From Candidatus Dojkabacteria bacterium (GTDB lineage Bacteria; Patescibacteriota; Dojkabacteria; SC72): a stretch of DNA of 36,960 bases. The notes below the pieces were generated by a model. It saw only the letters and a program-made list of their open reading frames with translations, was not told the DNA's origin and searched no databases. The DNA lies in the NCBI GenBank assembly GCA_012513575.1, contig JAAZBX010000015.1:1-36960 (forward strand), in the 5' to 3' direction. The position numbers were made by a program, and so were the translations under genes. Positions 33,829 to 36,960 of this stretch are shown in pieces. Numbering within the stretch: position 1 is the stretch's first letter; each line of letters begins with the position of its first letter.

Positions 33829-34908
33829 ATGAAAAATTTGCGTAGGAGGAAAGGCATAGTAATTATTTCTTTGTTTTTTTTCATATTGCTAATCTCGATA
33901 ACGCTTTTCTTCTTTAAAGATTCAATTTCCAATGGTATTAAATATGGAAGATGGTTTACATTGGACACCTATGAAGATTTGTTGGGAGATTGTGATTGGG
34001 AAAGACATGGGAAAGAATTGAAAGTTAAGTGTAATGCACTAATCCCAGCAGCAACTGATACAGAGAAGGATATAGAGAATAAGCGGTATAATTTTCGCAT
34101 TATTTCGAAAATTGACAACGAGAAGCAACTAAGGATTTTCTCTCTTTCTGAAAAAGGTTCTAATGTAAAATGGGACGGAGTTAATGAATGGTTCGAAGCA
34201 AGAGGGAAGATGTTCCCTATAAAATTCAGCCTTGCATACAGTAGCACTGATTACTTAAATTTCAAATATTCTGGGTTGGAGATTAGAAATGCAACCCCTA
34301 CGGAACTGTATGAGGAATTTTACAAAAATATAAATCTTAAAAAAAGTTTGATTTCCTTAACCTCAAAATATTTTTCTATAGAGGAGTACAATAACTATGT
34401 ATTTGCGGAAGAGAATACATTCGGAATTAAACAGATAGGACATATATATTTCATGGATGGGACGTTGATTGATAAATATGCAGAAGAAAATACGCTCTAT
34501 CTAACTTTCGACACCAGAATTAATGATAAAAATATTAAGATTAAAACTCACACCAAATCATTAATGCTATTCGATAGCAACGATTTTGAATCAATTCCCA
34601 AAAGGATCTCACCAAATGATATTGACTCACTTATAATAGGTGATCATTATCAATTTAGGTTCTTCTATATTAATGAAAAATTGGAGAATCTACTTGAAGA
34701 AATTAGGATGTACTGTATAAGCAGGAATATTCACATTACATCACAGGCCCTTTGTGACAACAAGAGTGAGATTTTAGATTCCAAATTTAATGCAACAAAT
34801 AAAGACATAATAATTGAGGAGATATTGAGAGATCCTTTAGAAAATTTTGTTGAATTGAATGATACTATTTTATTTATCTTAAATCATATCCATGAGTTTT
34901 CGAAGTGA
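33829..34908 (+). CDS. Hypothetical protein with N-terminal membrane anchor
   Basis: 359-aa ORF; basic N-terminus plus TM helix; four Cys in two pairs; no family recognised. Confidence 0.8.
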   Translation: MKNLRRRKGIVIISLFFFILLISITLFFFKDSISNGIKYGRWFTLDTYEDLLGDCDWERHGKELKVKCNALIPAATDTEKDIENKRYNFRIISKIDNEKQLRIFSLSEKGSNVKWDGVNEWFEARGKMFPIKFSLAYSSTDYLNFKYSGLEIRNATPTELYEEFYKNINLKKSLISLTSKYFSIEEYNNYVFAEENTFGIKQIGHIYFMDGTLIDKYAEENTLYLTFDTRINDKNIKIKTHTKSLMLFDSNDFESIPKRISPNDIDSLIIGDHYQFRFFYINEKLENLLEEIRMYCISRNIHITSQALCDNKSEILDSKFNATNKDIIIEEILRDPLENFVELNDTILFILNHIHEFSK

Positions 34909-36960
34909 ATCATACTTAAAAACTGTCCTCGGGGTATTCTCATTTGCATTCCTTTTTGCATTTATATTTGGGGGGATGGATGAAGGAGCTCTCTCTTATT
35001 ACTGTCAATCAGGGCAATTGTGCTATGATACTGGATCACCGATAGAGTTCTCTGTCCCCGTGTATACATGTAGTAGTGGAGTATGTAGTGTTACGAGAAC
35101 AGAGTATTTCAATTGTATGTTCTCCCCACCTAGTACATGTACTCAAAGCCCAACCTCAACTCCTGGATATGAGAGTTACAATGCTTGCATGGGTGATCGA
35201 GACTTTCATGAATCAGTGTGCCAAGCAAGATATCCTTGTCTTTCAGGAAGATGCAGAGGAGGAACTTCTCGTACATGCGGAGACGAGTTTGATTGTGATT
35301 GTTCATCCTCCACAACACCGTACTATACCTGCGGAGCAGGTTCCGCATATAGTGGGATATGCTGTGTTGATGGTAGCGATCCTGGTTATTGCCTACCAGG
35401 ATCATGTGTAGACTGTACTAAAACATGCAATACGGGTGAAAGGCTAGAAGCTACAATATGTACTCCAAGAAGTGCATCATGCAACAAAATAAATGACTGC
35501 ACGGGAGCAGTTTGTGGGACAGTAACATTCAGTTGCTATCCTATTGGAACGTGCCAAGATTGTACTCCTACAGCTCCCACAAATTACCATGACCCACTTC
35601 CAGGAGAAAACCCAATATACAATACAAGTACCTGTATTACTTCAAGCACTTGCAATAAATCAACAACATGTGGGGTAACTCCTTGCGGATCCCCTTCAAC
35701 GGTTACAAAAACCTTTTATCTAAATGAACCAAACACAAAACCCTCCCCTCCAGAAAACCTAATTATTGATGTAGATGGGTGGAAAAGTCCTGCACTCTCA
35801 ACAGTGGCTTCTTCCCCAACCTTAATCAAGTATCCATACCCATCATCAAGTACAAGCACATCAATAAAGGAGGTTACTTCTGCACCTTCTGGGTCGGGAG
35901 CATATGGGTGGGAATTGTATATAGGTTCAACATTAATCACTCCAAGAAAGGTGTTCAATACTACTCCTCCATTCAATGTGTACGGCTCATTTCCCTCCAT
36001 CTCTTGGCTTACTCAAGGATACAGTGGGACATATAGAGCTCAATACTATACTAGAGATTTTTGTGACGGAGACGAATTAAGATCCGATCCTCTAATGGGC
36101 TATTTCAAAGTAAATACGCTTCCTGTCTCAATGGCAACGATTACTGGAAGTGGTGGAGAACCCCAAGGATGCTCTCCCGAAGCGAAATTTACAGGTAGAG
36201 AAGCAAACAGGACTCTTTCAATTACAGTTTCCGGTACGGATATTGATAATATAAATAGCATAAATGGTGTAATACTATGGCTTGTGAAGGATGGGAATAA
36301 TATTTCGAGTGAAATTCTAGCACGCACATATGTAGGACCCTCAGATGCATTTGTTAATCCAAATAAATTTGGTCTTTTTATCAACACAGGGGGTACTGTG
36401 TATATGACTATGAATTCAGGAGCTACCTTTATTGGATGGGGTAGAAACGGTCTTGATGGAGGAAATATAGTTCACCCAGTTCTGGATGGAGATAGGAATG
36501 TCATAATCAGTAATGTTCAACTTGTAAGTCATGGATTCAATTTAGCTACTGGAAAATATGAATTTATTATAACATTGGAATTCCCTGACAATTCTCCTTT
36601 ATCTGGTCATTACACCCTATACACAGCGCTAACCGATACACTTAGTTATGTTTCAATCCCAGCAGGCATGTCATTAGATCAAAGAAACGTAACTTCATCT
36701 GGAAGAGATTGGAATTTTGATTTCGTAAATCCTACTATTGGAGCAATCAACACTAATGTAGAAAATGCTCAACAGCGTCTAATAGATGTTAATTTTACAA
36801 GTAATGATAATCAGGGAGTTATAAAAGATACTGTCCTAAATATATACGTTTCTTCTTCTCCAAAAGAAGTACTGTTAATAAATCCCATCCCAACAAACGG
36901 AGGTCTCTCGCAAGAACCCTCTTCCTCTCCGATATCTCCGCAGCCAGGCTTAATTTCACC
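34892..36960 (+). CDS. Partial large exported cysteine-rich surface protein (runs off the window)
   Basis: Manual translation from ATG 34892 is open for 689 codons: MSFRSESYLKTVLGVFSFAFLFAFIFGG (signal/anchor), about 30 Cys in the next ~235 aa, then Ser/Thr/Pro/Gly-rich, beta-strand-like sequence. Absent from the track because there is no stop codon in the window. Confidence 0.88.
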   Translation, partial: MSFRSESYLKTVLGVFSFAFLFAFIFGGMDEGALSYYCQSGQLCYDTGSPIEFSVPVYTCSSGVCSVTRTEYFNCMFSPPSTCTQSPTSTPGYESYNACMGDRDFHESVCQARYPCLSGRCRGGTSRTCGDEFDCDCSSSTTPYYTCGAGSAYSGICCVDGSDPGYCLPGSCVDCTKTCNTGERLEATICTPRSASCNKINDCTGAVCGTVTFSCYPIGTCQDCTPTAPTNYHDPLPGENPIYNTSTCITSSTCNKSTTCGVTPCGSPSTVTKTFYLNEPNTKPSPPENLIIDVDGWKSPALSTVASSPTLIKYPYPSSSTSTSIKEVTSAPSGSGAYGWELYIGSTLITPRKVFNTTPPFNVYGSFPSISWLTQGYSGTYRAQYYTRDFCDGDELRSDPLMGYFKVNTLPVSMATITGSGGEPQGCSPEAKFTGREANRTLSITVSGTDIDNINSINGVILWLVKDGNNISSEILARTYVGPSDAFVNPNKFGLFINTGGTVYMTMNSGATFIGWGRNGLDGGNIVHPVLDGDRNVIISNVQLVSHGFNLATGKYEFIITLEFPDNSPLSGHYTLYTALTDTLSYVSIPAGMSLDQRNVTSSGRDWNFDFVNPTIGAINTNVENAQQRLIDVNFTSNDNQGVIKDTVLNIYVSSSPKEVLLINPIPTNGGLSQEPSSSPISPQPGLIS

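Noticed and set aside
35076-36387. Five short ORFs in the track near the right end
   Set aside because: All lie within the long open frame starting at 34892.
1-36960. Alternative genetic code (TGA=Gly), CRISPR array, IS element or prophage
   Set aside because: Conserved genes are full length in code 11 and mutL ends at TGA; no repeat-spacer array, transposase, integrase or phage structural gene was recognised.

Overview
AT-rich, very compact bacterial chromosomal segment in genetic code 11 (TGA is used as a stop). Gene content, short intergenic spaces and the scarcity of Shine-Dalgarno motifs suggest a Patescibacteria/CPR genome (inference only). It carries replication and repair genes (dnaE, uvrC, uvrB, mutL, lexA, a RecD/Dda-like helicase, an ExoX-like nuclease, a 1555-aa RecJ-like protein), an anaerobic ribonucleotide reductase operon, trxB, map, an NAD kinase, envelope genes, tRNA-Gln(TTG), tRNA-Pro(TGG) and the start of a large cysteine-rich surface protein. 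Main observations: (1) NrdD is split, and its glycyl-radical motif lies on a separate 44-aa ORF missing from the ORF track, between nrdD and nrdG; (2) the giant RecJ-like gene is preceded by a promoter, a structured ~130-nt RNA and a terminator; (3) three proteins have lost their catalytic or ion-binding residues (cupin PGI-like, transglutaminase-like, CaCA antiporter); (4) about ten genes have a -10 box only 5-8 nt before the ATG, suggesting leaderless translation; (5) a GC-richer lipoprotein gene sits between two long hairpins. All family calls are from motif recognition by eye; no database searches were run.
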